From contig NC_045696.1 of assembly GCF_009834535.1 (NCBI RefSeq), positions 2,172,001 to 2,236,000 on the forward strand: a stretch of 64,000 nucleotides of DNA. The letters are read 5' to 3'. Positions 25,996 through 39,084 of the stretch are shown piece by piece. Below the pieces are notes generated by a model, which had not been told where the DNA came from, did not search any database, and saw only the letters and a program-made list of their open reading frames with translations. The stretch is from Camelus ferus. Lineage: Eukaryota. The position numbers were made by a program, and so were the translations under genes. Position 1 is the stretch's first letter, and every line of letters begins with the position of its first letter.

Positions 25996-27145
25996 TGTGA
26001 GGCCAAGACAAAGGTGGCGTCCTGCGCACATGCGCAGTCCTCTGACCCGAGGCTGCAGGTGTCCGGCTCCCAACGGTGATGCAGCCTCCTTGCTAAGGTG
26101 GGAGCCCCCGCCCTCGACAGGCTTGTTCACAGAGGGGTGGGCAGGGCCTCTCAAGGGCAGGTCTCTCCGCCTGCGCCCCCCCCCAACTCAGACGCACACA
26201 CGCTCGAGCAAAATCGTTCACTTTTTCCTTTGCACCAGATTGTTTTTCCAATTGTTCTCTGGGGTTAAAAAAGAAAAAGTTCATGCTTTTCCTAAAAATT
26301 CACCCATGCAGGTTTGGTGTTTCTCCCGCAGGTGGGAAAGCTCTAGCAGACCTCACAGGCCCGATATGCTGCCCACCTCCTGAGAAACGGGGAAGGAGCC
26401 TTCAAGCACTGCTTTTGGTGGGTCTGAGGAGATGCTTCCAGAAAGCAATAGACCGCTGCGTTAGCACGGAGGGGGAGGGCTGGGGTGGGCCTAGGGGAGG
26501 CTGTTGAATTTGGGCATAGATGCAAGATCACGACACGACGCGACTGGGAACAAAATACACTAAAACCCCAAATATTCTAAATAAAAAGAGAGCTGTGGAG
26601 AAGCATCACTGGCCCACGGGAAGAAGCGTGTCCGCACGCCGCCCAGCGCGTGGAACGCAAGCCCAGTGCCGCCTCCTGGAAAACGCGTAGGAGAGGAGCC
26701 TCCCTCCGGGGTCAGGTCTCTCTGAACAATTTGCTGCTGTCATCGGTCACGACATCACATCAAAACGTAAGCTCAACCTTCGGCATCAGGAAGGGCTGTA
26801 GGCTGGGAACTGGGTAGTTGTGAGGTAAATCCGTTTATGTCCTTTTATTCCTTGAGGACTGGTGTTGGGGGTGGGGAGCTCAGCCCTCAGGTGTCCTGAG
26901 CCCCATAAATGGAGTGACTGCTGTCAGCACTGGTGGGGAAGGCTGTGGTGGTCCCGGGAGGACCCTTGAGCCTGTGCTGCAGGCAGGCTCCCTTGGGGGA
27001 CGTGGCCCGGCCCCCCACCGTCTGCACACTGTCTGTATGAGCAGGTGCAAACCTGCTTTCACACCTGGGAGGCTGAGCAGCCAGGCTTCCCGGGAGACCT
27101 CTGAGCGGGCGTCCGCGGGGAGGGCGTTCCCATCACTTTACTCCT

Positions 27146-27562
27146 CGTCTGAGTTTGTGAGGGCTGCAGTAACCAGGCACCACGGCCCCGGTGGCTCAGA
27201 GGACAGAGGCCCCGGTGGCTCAGAGAACAGAAACCCGTTGTCTCATGACTCTGTAAACCAGAGGGCCCAGAGCAAGGCGTCAGCAGGCCAGCTCCTTCCA
27301 GGCCTCCTTTCCTGCTGTGCAGACTGCCGTCTCCTCCTTGTGTGCCCCATGGTCACCCCCGTGTGTGTCTGTGTCCTGATCACCTCTTCCCCTAAGGACA
27401 CCTTTCAGATTGGATTAGGGCCACCCTAGTGACCTCATTTTACCTAAATCACCTCTTTAAAGACCCCCCTCCAGATACAGTCACATTCAACACATGTTGA
27501 ATACACAGCTTCAACAGATGGATTTGGGGGTGACACAGTCCCCCAAACCCTCAGCCCATAAT
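27146..27562 (-). mobile_element. MLT1B/C MaLR LTR containing a ~24-bp tandem duplication
   Basis: ggattagggccaccctagtgacctcattttacc...acagtcacattc. The motif ggccccggtggctcagag occurs twice at ~27184-27225. Confidence 0.8.
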
Positions 27563-28116
27563 ATGAGCATTCTCTCTCTTTTTTTATTTTTTGTAATAAG
27601 CATGCATCCCTTATGTAATGCTAAAAGGCATTTTAAATTAGCCTATGTCTTATAGACATGAGGATGCTGGGAAGGTGAGCTGTACTGGAGCTGCCGTGGA
27701 GAAAGCAGAAGCGGGCTCTGCTGGAGGGAGCGGAGATGCTAATCAGCCAGGCCATCTAGAGCCCCTGCTCCTTTCTGCCTTCTGCTCTGTTCACTGTAGC
27801 CAGGACGCAGCTGGGACCTCCACCCTTTGGACAACAGAATTGAAAGGGAATTTGAAATCTGGAGAGCTGGTGGGACCTTGCTCTTCTGCCCACCCTGCAG
27901 CCGGGCCCTGGCCTTGCCTTGGCATCCTCAGGGTCCAGCTCCCAGTCAGTCCCCAGCGGAGGAGTGAGGGGACACACAGGGGCATCGCCAAATCAGCACA
28001 GTGAGGACAGCAGTGCCTGCCAAGCGGGTGGACAGAGCCGCTCACAGGGCAGGGGAGCAAGGCAAGGTCCCATCAGCTATCCACGATCCTGGCTCCATGA
28101 CCTAAAAGTTATGGAG

Positions 28117-28927
28117 GACAAATGACAAATGCTGGAGAGGCTGTGGAGAAAGGGGAACCCTCCTACACTGCTGGTGGGAATGCAGTTTGGTGCAGCCACT
28201 GTGGAAAACAGTATGGAGATTCCTCAAAAGACTAGGAATAGACTTACCATATGACCCAGCAATCCCACTCCTGGGCTTATATCCAGAAGGAAATCTACTT
28301 CAGGATGACACCTGCACCCAAATGTTCACAGCAGCACTATTTACAATAGCCAAGACATAGAAACAGCCTAAATGTCCATCAACAGATGACTGGATAAAGA
28401 AGAGGTGGTATATTTATACAATGGAATACTACTCAGCCACTAAAACCGACAACATAATGCCATTTGCAGCAACATGGATGTTCCTGGAGAATGTCATTCT
28501 AAGTGAATGAAGTAAACCAGAAAGAGAAAGAAAAATACCACATGAGATCACTCATACGTGGAATCTAAAAAAAAAAAAAAAAATAGAACGTAAATACAAA
28601 ACAGAAACAGACTCCTAGACATAGAATACAAACGTGTGGTTGCCAAGGGGGCGGGGGGTGGGAAGGGACAGGCTGGGAGTTCGAAATTTGTAGATTCTGA
28701 CAGGCATATACAGAATAGATAAACAAGATTATACTGTGTAGCACAGGGAAATGTATACAAGATCCTGTGGCAGCTCACAGCAAAAAAAAATACGGCAATG
28801 AAAATATATATATGTTCATGTATAACTGAAAAATTGTGCTCTACACTGGAAGTTGACACAACATTGTAAACTGACTATAATTTGATAAAAAAATTTTTTT
28901 TTAATTTAAATAAATAAATAAACACAG
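28117..28927 (+). mobile_element. Young 5'-truncated L1 (lineage-specific): ORF2 C-terminus plus 3' UTR, with TSD
   Basis: Well-preserved L1 3' end with an A-rich tail. 13-bp TSD AAAAGTTATGGAG (28104-28116) / AAAAGTTTTGGAG (28928-28940). Confidence 0.92.
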
Positions 28928-29489
28928 AAAAGTTTTGGAGCGACCCAAGGCTGCTCTCCCTGGCCAAAGCGTGGCCCTTCCCTGCTGCACACCCAGCCCA
29001 GGACCAGTGATCAGGGAGATGCTGGGGCTTGGTCGTCATCTGCCGAGGTCCTGGGCTGATTTGCTTCTGCGTTAGACGCACTTTCCCATGCGGTGTTACA
29101 GCTGCAAATTAATAGAGTAAATCAAATTGCTGAGGGAATGTTGAAAATACTCAAAGACGATTTTCAGAGCAATTTAGAAGCAATCTTCTTACAGAAATTG
29201 AAATGCAAATTGTAAGTAATTACTATCTATTTACTGAGATAATCAACACTATTATACTGGTCTGAGCTTCTGGTGGCCTCTGAAATAAGAAAACAGCCCT
29301 CACCCTCCAGATGGGCTGAGAGGGGAGAGGGTGAGCCAGCCACAAACTCAGGCCAGCCTCCTCTCGGCTCCTCCCAGCAGCCTCCGCCCTCTGTCCCTCC
29401 TCCCTCCTGGCTCCAGCAAGAAGTAACATGTGCCCCTCGGAAACGTGCTCGGAGAAAGTTAGGACCTGGTTCCACCCCGTCTGGACCAG

Positions 29490-29700
29490 TCTCCTGGGTT
29501 TGAGTCCTGACTTTGTAACTTACAGCTGTGTGACCTTAGGCAGGTTTCTTAACCTCTCTGTGCCTTAGTTTTCTTATTTCAAATGGGGACAATAAAAGCA
29601 CCTACCTCTTAGAAGTGTTGTGCAGATCAAAAAAGATCGCAGCAACAGGGCCTCACACGGCACCTCGAGTGGGATAAGCATGAAATAAAATCAGCTGCGT
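29490..29700 (+). mobile_element. MIR SINE
   Basis: Core gctgtgtgaccttaggcaggtttcttaacctctctgtgccttagttttcttat..aaatggggacaataa. Confidence 0.85.
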
Positions 29701-29894
29701 TGACAACACCAGGGACGAGGTCGATGAGCACTGTACCTGCCCCTCCTCCCTCCATTCAGCATTCAGTATGGAAGCTCAGGGACTGTGGTTTTTTTTTTTT
29801 TTTTTTAGGGACTGTTTTTATGATCTGAATTATTTATGCATTGATCGTTCTAAAAAGGTGGACCCCAGACCAGCCCTGACACAAGAACTGGGCG

Positions 29895-30025
29895 TTAAGC
29901 AGTTCTCCAACCTTGTCCCAGACCTGCTGAATCAGAAGCTCTGGGACGGGGCCCAGCCACCTGCATTGTAACGAGCCTTCCAAGGACACAATGCACGCTT
30001 GAGCTCTGAGAGCCTCTGCTCTAGA
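29895..30025. mobile_element. MER5A-like hAT fragment
   Basis: cccagacctgctgaatcagaagctctgggacggggcccag...tgagagcctctgctctag. Confidence 0.7.
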
Positions 30026-30198
30026 GCTCTAGCTTAACAAAATAAATAAAGATAAATCCAGTCTCCTAGGTTGCAAGGCTGCACAGGAAGACAGAAATGG
30101 CCATCCTTTCTCTTCCTGTACCGAACATGATGGTTTCTTTGTGATCACAGATAGCCACACTCAGCCCAGCTCAGACCCTGAGCCCCCAGCCAAGCCCG

Positions 30199-30647
30199 CG
30201 TGTGTGTCCCACGGTTGCTGCAAGCAAATACCATAGACTGGTGTGCAGAGACAGCAAAACTTTATTCCCTCGCCGTCCGGAGGCCAGAAGTCTGAGATCA
30301 AGGTGTCGGCACGGCTGGTTCCCTCTGGAGATGCTTGGGAAGGATTGTTCCCAGCCCCTCCCCCAGCTTCGGGGGTGGGGGTGGGGTGTTGTTGCTGGCA
30401 TCCTCGGGGACGCTTGTGGAGGCACCCCGCAACCTCTGCCTCCATCTTCACTTGGGGTTGTCTGTGTGCATATTCTTCCCTCTGTGTCCAAATGTCCCCT
30501 TTTTGTAAAGACACCATATTCCAGATGACCTCATCTTAACTAAGAACGTCTGCAATGACCCTGTTTCCAAACAAGGCCACGTTGTGAGGAACCGGGGGTA
30601 AGACTCCTACATACGAGTTGTGAGAGGACGCAGGTCAACCCATCACA
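30199..30647 (-). mobile_element. MLT1C-like MaLR LTR
   Basis: ggaggccagaagtctgagatcaaggtgtcggc...atgacctcatcttaac...caacccatcaca. Confidence 0.85.
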
Positions 30648-31282
30648 CCCAGTGACACCCGCCTTCACACTGGCATCTAGATGGAGGCCACACCCAGGCC
30701 TCCCTCCTTCCACCACGGAGAGGTACAGGACTCCGACGCGTAGAAGGGATCAAGGCGGGGCGTTTAGACCTTCCGGCCCGGAGCTGAGTACGAGGAGCAT
30801 GCTGCCTGCTGAGAACGGGCTCCGCCCCCGGGCCCGGGCCCAGGCTGGACAGATGCCCCCAGCCCCGCTGGGGCTCGCGGCCTCCTCCCCCCCCTACCCC
30901 CGCACCCGGCTCTGCTGTGAGCAGGTAGCGGCCAGCCCCCCTGCCTGGTGGGGCCGTTCCCTGACTCGGCGCTGCCCTGCCCTGGCCTCCTGCCCCAGAG
31001 CTTCACACGGCCCTGAAGTGTTGCCCCTGTGGGGGTACAGGTCTCATTTTATTACGGAATCTGATATGAAAACGGTTCTTGTTTTACAGAGCTTAGAACA
31101 CAATTTACAAACTGCCTGTAGCGAAATAAAATTACAGATATCCGTGTAGCATTTGCTCTCATGAACATCATTACTTTTGTTTGTTTGTTTATAACGAAAG
31201 TCTGTTTATTCAGGGAGACACGCACTCCGTGGACAGAATGCAGGCTGTCTCCAAAGGTGAGAGAAAGAGAACCAACATCATT

Positions 31283-31407
31283 CTTTTCTTTTCTTTTTTT
31301 TTTTAATTTTTAAAAAAATTTCTTCTTCTAATGGAGGCACTGGGGATTGAATCCAGGCCCTCGTGCACGCTAAGCACGTGCTCTACCACTGAGCTACACC
31401 CTCCGCC
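31283..31407 (-). mobile_element. Vic-1-type SINE
   Basis: Antisense tRNA-Ala-like head, T-rich tail, TSD-like aacatcatt/aacgtcatt. Confidence 0.88.
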
Positions 31408-32591
31408 ATAACGTCATTATCTTCAGAGAGATGAATGCCGCCTGTGAAGCCCGAGCAGGCTCGCGGTGCGGAAGTGTCCAGTCGGCCTTTCTCTCTGGCT
31501 GCACCACTTCCAGGCTTGACGTGAGAATGTTCTGATAAAGTGACGAGGCCCCGCTGTCACCTCCCGTGTGTGTGTGTATCATGACATCAAGGGACCTGAG
31601 GCGTCGGAAGGGCTGGTTTCTGGAGGTGAGTGAGAGCGCACATCCTGAGGCAGCTGTGCCTGATGTCCGCTCAAGGTCAGGACAACTCACACATCCTAGG
31701 GTATCGGGGTCACGGCCCTCGGGTCCCACCAAAGCCCCGTGGGAGGTTGACCTGTGTGTTCCACATGGGGTCTGTTTCAGGAAGGAAGACGCCAGGGTTC
31801 CAGGCTCAGAGGTGAAGACAGCTGAATAAGCCCCTCCCCCCAGGCTGCCCGCCGCCCAGCTAGGATGCAGCTCCTGGCAGAGGCCCCCCCGGCCTCAGCT
31901 TCAACTTGCCTCTGCCCTCCCCTCCCCCCCTGGCCCCTGACCCCCTCCCAGGGCCGCCCCTAGGGCCTGCAGCCTTGGCACCAACTTGGGAGCTTCCGAG
32001 GGGCCTGTCCCACCTCTGCAGCCCCCAGCTGACCTTGTGGTGATGTGGGGACCTAGAGGCATTCAACTCCAGGCCATTGAAAGTTTCCTGACAAGACACA
32101 TGTGACCTAGCAAGGCCTCAGCTTGGTGCTGGGGGCCAGGACCCAGCTCGAGAAGGCCCAGGGCACGGGGTCAGTGGCCTGGCGTAGATGGACCAGAAGG
32201 GAACGACTGTGGCCCCCAGTGTAGACAAAGGGTTGATCTGTCCCTTCCATTGGCGCTGAGCAATGTGAGCGCCAGGCTGCAGCAGCTGCAGGAGCAGGAA
32301 GGGAGCTGGGTCTGCGGAGCCTGGGCCTCCCGAGGCCCGAGAAGGTCACCAACGGGGAGGCTTCCTGCCCAGAGCCCTGGGTTCTTTTGGAAACGGGTCT
32401 GTGTCTACACTGCTGGCTACCTGTTTCCTTGGCTGCCTCCAGTGCAGTCTGTTTGGCTGTGGTGGCCTTGGGGCAAGAGGACAGGTTTACGGATGTGCCT
32501 GTGCAGAGCTTCCACATTCCAGGGGCGTCTAGGGGGTGGGGACGGGTCCAGACAAGCCAGGAAAGCTGCTTCCTGACACTAGTTAGCTGAG

Positions 32592-33013
32592 GTATGAGTG
32601 TCCTGGGGCAGCTGTGACAAAGCACCACCAACAGGGGCTGAGAACAGAGCTCCATCCTCTCCCAGCTCTGGGGCTACAGTCTGGAGCCAAGGTGTCGCAG
32701 GGCTGCACTCCTGCCAGAGGCTCCAGAGGCGGGTCCTCCCCGCCTCTCCCAGCTCTGGGGAATCCAGGGGTCCCATGGCTCGTGGCCACATCACTCCAGG
32801 CCCTGCTCCAGTCATCATGGGGCTCCTCCCTGGGTCTGGGCCTTCGCACGGCCTCCACTGAAGGACCCCATCTTGAATTAGGCCCCTGGCTCCAGGGTGA
32901 CCTCATCTGAACTCTTACATCTGCAATGATCCAGTTTCCAAATAAGGTCCCAGTCACAAGTAGAGGTCAGGACTTCAATACGTCTCTTTTTGGGACACAG
33001 TTCAACCCACAGC
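32592..33013 (-). mobile_element. MLT1C-like MaLR LTR
   Basis: gggtgacctcatctgaactcttacatctgcaatgatccagtttccaaataaggtc...gacacagttcaaccc. Confidence 0.85.
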
Positions 33014-34949
33014 TCCTGACAATTGTAGACACAACCTGCGTGAGCCTCACCCCAGGCCCCGGGCTCCTCATCCACGGCCCATCTCTGTGCTTGTCGGCGG
33101 TGACAAGCACACGCAGGACACAAAACCCCAGGGTCACGGGGTCTGCGAGATGGTCACTCGGCAGTGCCTCCGCTCTGGACCTCCGGGCCAGGCAGCTGAA
33201 GCAGTCCTCGGCCAGGGGAGGGGCTGGGTGCACCCAGCTCGCAGGACCACCCACACCCGTCCCAGAACAGGGACCCAGGCCAGCTGACTCTCAGGACAGA
33301 ACCTTTTTATTGTGCTTCTCTGGAGAGGTTCTCACCCCTGGTCTCACTCTCCTCTCTGTCCCCGCTGACCTCCCCAGACGCTGGCACTGTCCCCACTGGG
33401 GTGAGAGGACTTCCTGCCGCCTCCACTGGTCCAGCCCCCACCTGCATCCAATACTCTCCGAGGGCTCCTCAAGCCTCAGATCTCTGCAGCCCCCAGGGCC
33501 CTGCCTTGCCGGGGGCCAGTTCTCTGGGTACCGCCTGTTTGCTCACAGTCCACATGTGGGCGTCCAGAGTCAGCCTCTGACATAGGTAATGTGCGCAGGC
33601 TCGCCCTGCGGCACTGACTTGGGCCCAGAAGGGACACCCACGCGGCTGGATGGTGGCCCTTTGAGCTCAGCTATGAATTTCACAAAGCCTGCTGCTGCTT
33701 TCCAGCGAATGTTTCTCTTAAAGACCAAGAAAGTTATGGACTTGGGGACAGTTCCGGTCCTCAGAGAGCATGATCCCCCAGGAATGCACACAAGGCGACG
33801 GGCAAAATAGAAACGCTGGCTGGGTTACGTCACCCCGTCCCTGTCTGCTAACAGAGACAGGGCAGCGGGCAGAAGACCGATCGAGGAGGGGCTTTGACTC
33901 TGGATTAAATCTGTCGGCGTTGCTCCAAACAGCATCTGATATTTGACATTTCAAAAGATCTCCAATGCATGGAGCTGGATACACAAAACAAATACCCCAG
34001 TGACGCGTGCTGTATATATGACGCCATTTATGGGGGGGACACCTGCAGAAACCACAGGCACAGTATGAACACAGCCACCTTATAGCAACCCTTAGAGAAA
34101 GATCTGGAAAGATCCACCCCAGCTCTCAAACACTGGAGAAAGAGACCAGGGTTGGGGGCGATAGACGGACTTGAACCTTTCTCTGTAATTGTTGGGGCTT
34201 TTCCATGTTTCCCACCGTATCACAAAGGGCACAAGTGAACACTCAGATGAAAAAGCGCACAGACAAGGCCCGAGGGCCCTGAGCGTGGAGTTCCTGTCCC
34301 CGAGGAGCTGGGTGCGACGCCCCGCCTGGCACGCGGACACAGTCACCAACACGGGAGCTCCCTGAGCTGCCCTTTTCCATGTTTAAACTTTTACAGGGAG
34401 ACTGCATTTCTGGATCACTTTGATAATGAAGAATTAGTCCTTTTAAAACCACAGCATTTTCTAAGTGAAAACAGGCCAGCAACCATAAAAACAAAAAGCA
34501 CTAGAAAAGCACAGACAGAAAGTGCGTGTGGCCAAGGGAGCACCAGGCTCTGCCTGAAGTGCTGGGCCTTAGCTTAACGGATTTTTGCTTTCTAACTACG
34601 TAAGGGAAACCCGTATATCTAACGAGGAAAAAAACCATTTTTCTCCCGGAGTTGAATTGGCAAGAACTCATTTTGAGGGTCCTTGGAGGACACATGACAG
34701 TGGCGTGGGGGGTCTCAGTCCCGTCTGTAAGACGAGAGGCTGCCCGGGCCGCCAAGGAGCCCCTCCCCGCCGGTGACTGGCCAGCATCCCCCTCCCGCAA
34801 GGTCCTGCCTGTGCTCTGTGACAGCAGGAGGCTCAGGGGCTCCCCGGCTGGGGAGGGGGCCCTGAGGTGCCTCCCACATGCAGGGGCCCATCCCGTGGGA
34901 GGACAGGACCGTTTATCCGGACACGTGGGCCCAGTGAGATGGTCATGAG

Positions 34950-35120
34950 CATGCGCCTCTCATAAACACTCCAAGAGTAGGAATTATTTGTTTATTACAA
35001 TCATTCTCCCATTTTACAGTTAAGGAAACTGAGGCTCAAAGAACACACACAACTTGCCTGAAGTCTTGCAACTAGTGAGAGGCAGCTCCTGGGTCTCTGA
35101 CACCAGGACTCGGTGCTTTT
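34950..35120 (-). mobile_element. MIR SINE
   Basis: cccattttacagttaaggaaactgaggctca...aacttgcctgaagtc. Confidence 0.75.
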
Positions 35121-36269
35121 CCAGGGAACACATTTTCCACAAACACGCACACCTCTCTTTCCCCTCCCTCTGCGCTCGGGGCACTTGTAACCGCATAGCT
35201 GCTGGGGGGTTATCCCTTCGGGAGGCCTCCCTCCCTGGGGCACATGGTAGCTGTTTGTGCGAGTTCTCACTCCCCCACGGCTCACACCGCTTGACTGGAG
35301 TTTCAGGAAGGCGGGACCCACCCTGATCCAGCTCTCGGGAGGGTCTCAAGCAACAGTCATGGATTCAAATCCGCACCAGCCACCAACATCCTGCAGATGA
35401 TGGCGGACGAAGATCTTCATGCTCCAGGGAGCCCCAAATATAGCTGCAGGCAGAGTCCCCAAGGGGCAAATCCACACCCACAGGGAGAGGGTCTCACCTG
35501 CAAACACTGAGCGAGGCCCCTGTGGCGGCTTCTGGCACCTGGGGAGAGAATCCAAGAAGGGCTCCTCCCCCTCGCGGAGGCACAGCCCCTGCCACCTGGG
35601 GGCCGGAGGGAAAGCCGCAAAGCAGCCCCGCCCCTGCCTGGCCTCACTGCACACGGGACGGGAAGGACGGGGCAGGATGACTGGCGTGCCTCTCGGGAGA
35701 GAGAGGGAGGCGCACGGTTCTAACTCCAGTGCCGGCAGACCCACTCCACTCCCTACGGGGAAAACTGGTGAAGTACATGTACCATGCAATTCACCGTCCT
35801 AATCGATTTGAAGTGGACAGCTCAGTGGCATTGGGAGCATTCGCGACTTAACCACTGTCCACTTCCAGAACTTTTCATCAAGCCGTCCCTCCCTCCCCAT
35901 TCCTCTCTCCCCGAGTCCCTGCAGAGCCTGGACTACCGACCTACCACCTACATGGCTGTGCGAGGTCAGCTGTGCCCGCCGCCACGCCACCTCCAGGCTG
36001 AGTTCCAGGCCCCTCGGATGCCTTGTGCAGTGGGAGGCCTGCGGGACAGGCGCCGCAGCCGCAGTCCGGGAGACGCGGCGGGTGTTTACTTGCTTTCCCG
36101 GGAACGGGCTCCCCTGTTGTGCCCAGGGCGTTGTTCACACATTTCCCCCCAAGAATCCACAAAAAGGCTTGAGTTTTAAACCCCTAAAGAGTAAAACATT
36201 AATTTTTTTATGATGGAAATATTTTGGTTTTGTTGATGACAGTAAAACCTGATTACTGTAAAAAAAAAT

Positions 36270-36810
36270 TCCATCACAAATAAAGCCAGACGCTGGTTGC
36301 AGCGGTGAGAGCTGCGTTCCTCAGTACGTGCTGCAGAGGCTGAGCTCCGCTCGGATTGTGCAGCGGACACGGAGGGTGTTTTAAAGGGAGGATGAGGGAG
36401 GGGGCCAGCGGGGACAGGACAACTTCCCCGGGTGAGGGGCGGGGGTGGGCCGCGGGAGTGTGATCACGTGCCTGCTGGCTGCGGGGTCAAGTCAGGGTTC
36501 GACCGTCCCCCGAAACAGGGTCACAGAGCCCTGTCCTTCCTGCTGACGACAGAGAAAGGGCCTTCAGGTGCCTGAGAGTTAGACATGCGCAAACACACAC
36601 ACGTCTCACGAGGAGGAGCCGCAACGTGGACCCCTAGTAAGTGCACTGAGGCAGGAGGTCGAGCCTGTGGCCACGCGCTGGTGGGGACACTAAACTCTCG
36701 CTTCTGCAAGCAGGCGCTCGCAGGGGCAGGGTCCTGGGACTTGGCCTCGGGCTGCTGGGGGCGGGCCAGAGTTAACTGAGTCCTGGGTGTGCGGTTCTGG
36801 TGGGCAGCTC
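36270..36810 (-). mobile_element. ERV1-type LTR (MER31/MER67-like), GC-shifted
   Basis: aataaagccagacgctggttgcagcggtgagag...gggtgttttaaagggaggatgaggg resembles antisense MER31/MER67-family text. Confidence 0.45.
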
Positions 36811-36819
36811 CTGCCAAGA

Positions 36820-37025
36820 GTATAAGAGACAGAAGAAAGGACACCGACGCAGAGGGAAGCCGGCCTCTGCGGGAAGGCAGAGGCAAGCCTGGAGAGATGC
36901 AGCCACAAGTCAGGAGCCCTGGACCACGGAAGCTGGATGAGGGAAGGACAGATTCTCCCCGGAGCTTCTGGAGGGAGTGCGGCCCGGCACACACCTGGAT
37001 TTTGAACATCTGGCCTCTAGCACCC
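36820..37025 (+). mobile_element. MLT1C-like fragment
   Basis: ggagagatgcagccacaag...gattctccccggagcttctggagggagtgcggccc...ctggcctctag. Confidence 0.7.
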
Positions 37026-37344
37026 TGAGGAAGCATTTCTGTCATTTGACGCCAGCCAGCTTGCGTCACCTCTGGCAGCTGGGCAAGCCCTCTCCCCCAA
37101 GCTGCGGCCCCTTCCTCTGCAGTGGGAGAGCAGTGGTCCTTCACAGGGTAAAACAGAAAATGGACATGAACTCCACTGCACCCCCAGCCCCGCTCCCTAC
37201 TGGGCAGCCACGAGCCTGGGAGACCCCACTCCCGGCCCCACTGTGTCTGCAGAAGGCAGACGGACCTCAGATCCCACTGTTCCCAGTCACGGCCGCCTCT
37301 GCCTTCTCGCACCTGCTCAGCAAGTGTCCACAGAGCAGCCACTG

Positions 37345-37830
37345 TGCACGGTGTGGCAGCAGGATTCTGAGATGAGCCCCGAGATGCTCACTCCTGGGGT
37401 GCCTTCCCTTCCTCCCGGCTACTCCATCCAAGACCCACCCGGGTGCTGCTTGGAGGGGTCCCTGCAGGTGTAACTGAGGCCCCAACCATCGACCTTAAGA
37501 TGGGGAGACCATCCAATCTGAGCACAGGGGCCTTTGAATCTGGATCCAGAGGCCAGAGCAGAGAACCAGAGAGTCCCGAAGAATGAGAGGGACTTGACAG
37601 GGGCCAGATGCTCTGTGGCTGCGTTTGAAGAGGGTGGGGCCCATGGCAGGTGCTTTGAGTGGCCTCCGGGGAAGCTGAACTCCGCCAACAGCCACGTGAG
37701 CTTGGAGGGAGCCCGGGGTCTGGATTAGAAGGCTGCCAGCCCGCACCTAGACCTCAGCTCTGGAGACCCTGGGCCCCAGACCACAGAACCTGGGAAGTGA
37801 CCACACTTGTGTCGTTTGTCACCCAGCCCA
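37345..37830 (+). mobile_element. MLT1D/E-like MaLR LTR
   Basis: gtgtggcagcaggattctgagatg...gaccttaagatggggaga...ccacagaacctgggaag. Confidence 0.65.
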
Positions 37831-39084
37831 GCTGGCCAGCAGCAGCCTGAGTGGGGAGGAGGCTCAGGCAGCAGGTGAAGAACAGAGAGGCTGACGTGCT
37901 GGGCCAGGTGTGGCCGGGAGGGGTCAGGTGGGCAGGACAGACGCCGGGCCATGTGGGGCGATCAGAGCAGGTGTCCGACACGAACCTGTGGTTAACGGGC
38001 TAACAGTGGCCTCGGTGGCGTCCAGAGGCATCCTCCAAGGTCAGACCCGAGGTGGCCACTGTGACTCAGATACTTCGGGGGTTAGAGGCACCGTCCTCTC
38101 CGGTCGTCAGGACCTTGCACACCCCCCTTCCCGCTGCAGAAAATGAGTCACCCAGGGTGACACCCAACACACGGAAAGGGCTGAAGCTGCTGGGTCACGA
38201 TGAACCAGGGTCAGGGCTCCTGTCCCCGGTCCTCCACCCTCCCGGTGGCCCTCTTCCAGGTGACCAGCTGTGCCCCGGTCACATCATTCGGATTCCTTGA
38301 CCCTGAGGCCACAGTGAGGCCATCTTGGCTGTGTGTCTGCCCCTCAGCTGCCAAATGTTCCCTGCGCCGACTTGCAAGGCTGTGCCCTGTCCAAGACCGT
38401 GGGTCCCGGGCTGCTGTCCGCACGGCCGCACGGGCCATCCTTTGCCTGGAGGGCGGGCCAGCGGCCCCAGGCGTGTGCGGAGGAGACGTGTTTACCTGGC
38501 AGTTACACAGACAGTGTGGCTTTTGTGCATGCAGAGCTTCCCCAGGGGCCACGTGGCGCTCACGCTGCAGCCATCCTAGGGAGCACGCCCAGGGCGGTGT
38601 GTCCCCAGGGCCTGGGGACAGGGAAGGGACCGGGCCGGGCAGGAAAGCACCCTGTGAACCTTAAGTTAAACGACGGAATGGAGGCGCCGACGTCAGGAAT
38701 CAGAAGTTCCATTTCCTCTACCCCTTTTGAGGCCTACATCAGTCCTCGTGCCTGTGTCATAATCCAGAGGGATGGCCCCACCCATCAGCACCCTAAGGAA
38801 GACATGTTCTCTCTAGACCGGCTCCCAGAACCCATCCCCAGGGAGCCAGAAACCCTGGGAGGTTCCAGGGTCAGTTCCATCCGGAGGACACCGAGACTCC
38901 GCGGGCAGGGCAGAGGCGCCCCTCCCCCAGACAGGCTGCACCCAAAGCCTGGCAGCGTCACTTCGCGCTGTGACTGTGGGCAGGAGCCAGAGCTCACAGG
39001 CCTCCCTGCAGGCTAGTGGGGTGGGGGTCATAATGAGCCCTGCAGATCTGGAGATGGAAAACTTTCCCACACTCCTGCTGACTT

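Noticed and set aside
31330..31407. tRNA-Ala(AGC)-like cloverleaf (also at 16.2, 17.3, 49.3 and 54.4 kb)
   Set aside because: Each has the SINE tail, and most have TSD-like flanks and stem mismatches. They are SINE heads, not tRNA genes.
36521..37342. 273-aa minus-strand ORF
   Set aside because: Spans LTR and MLT1 relics; a chance open frame.
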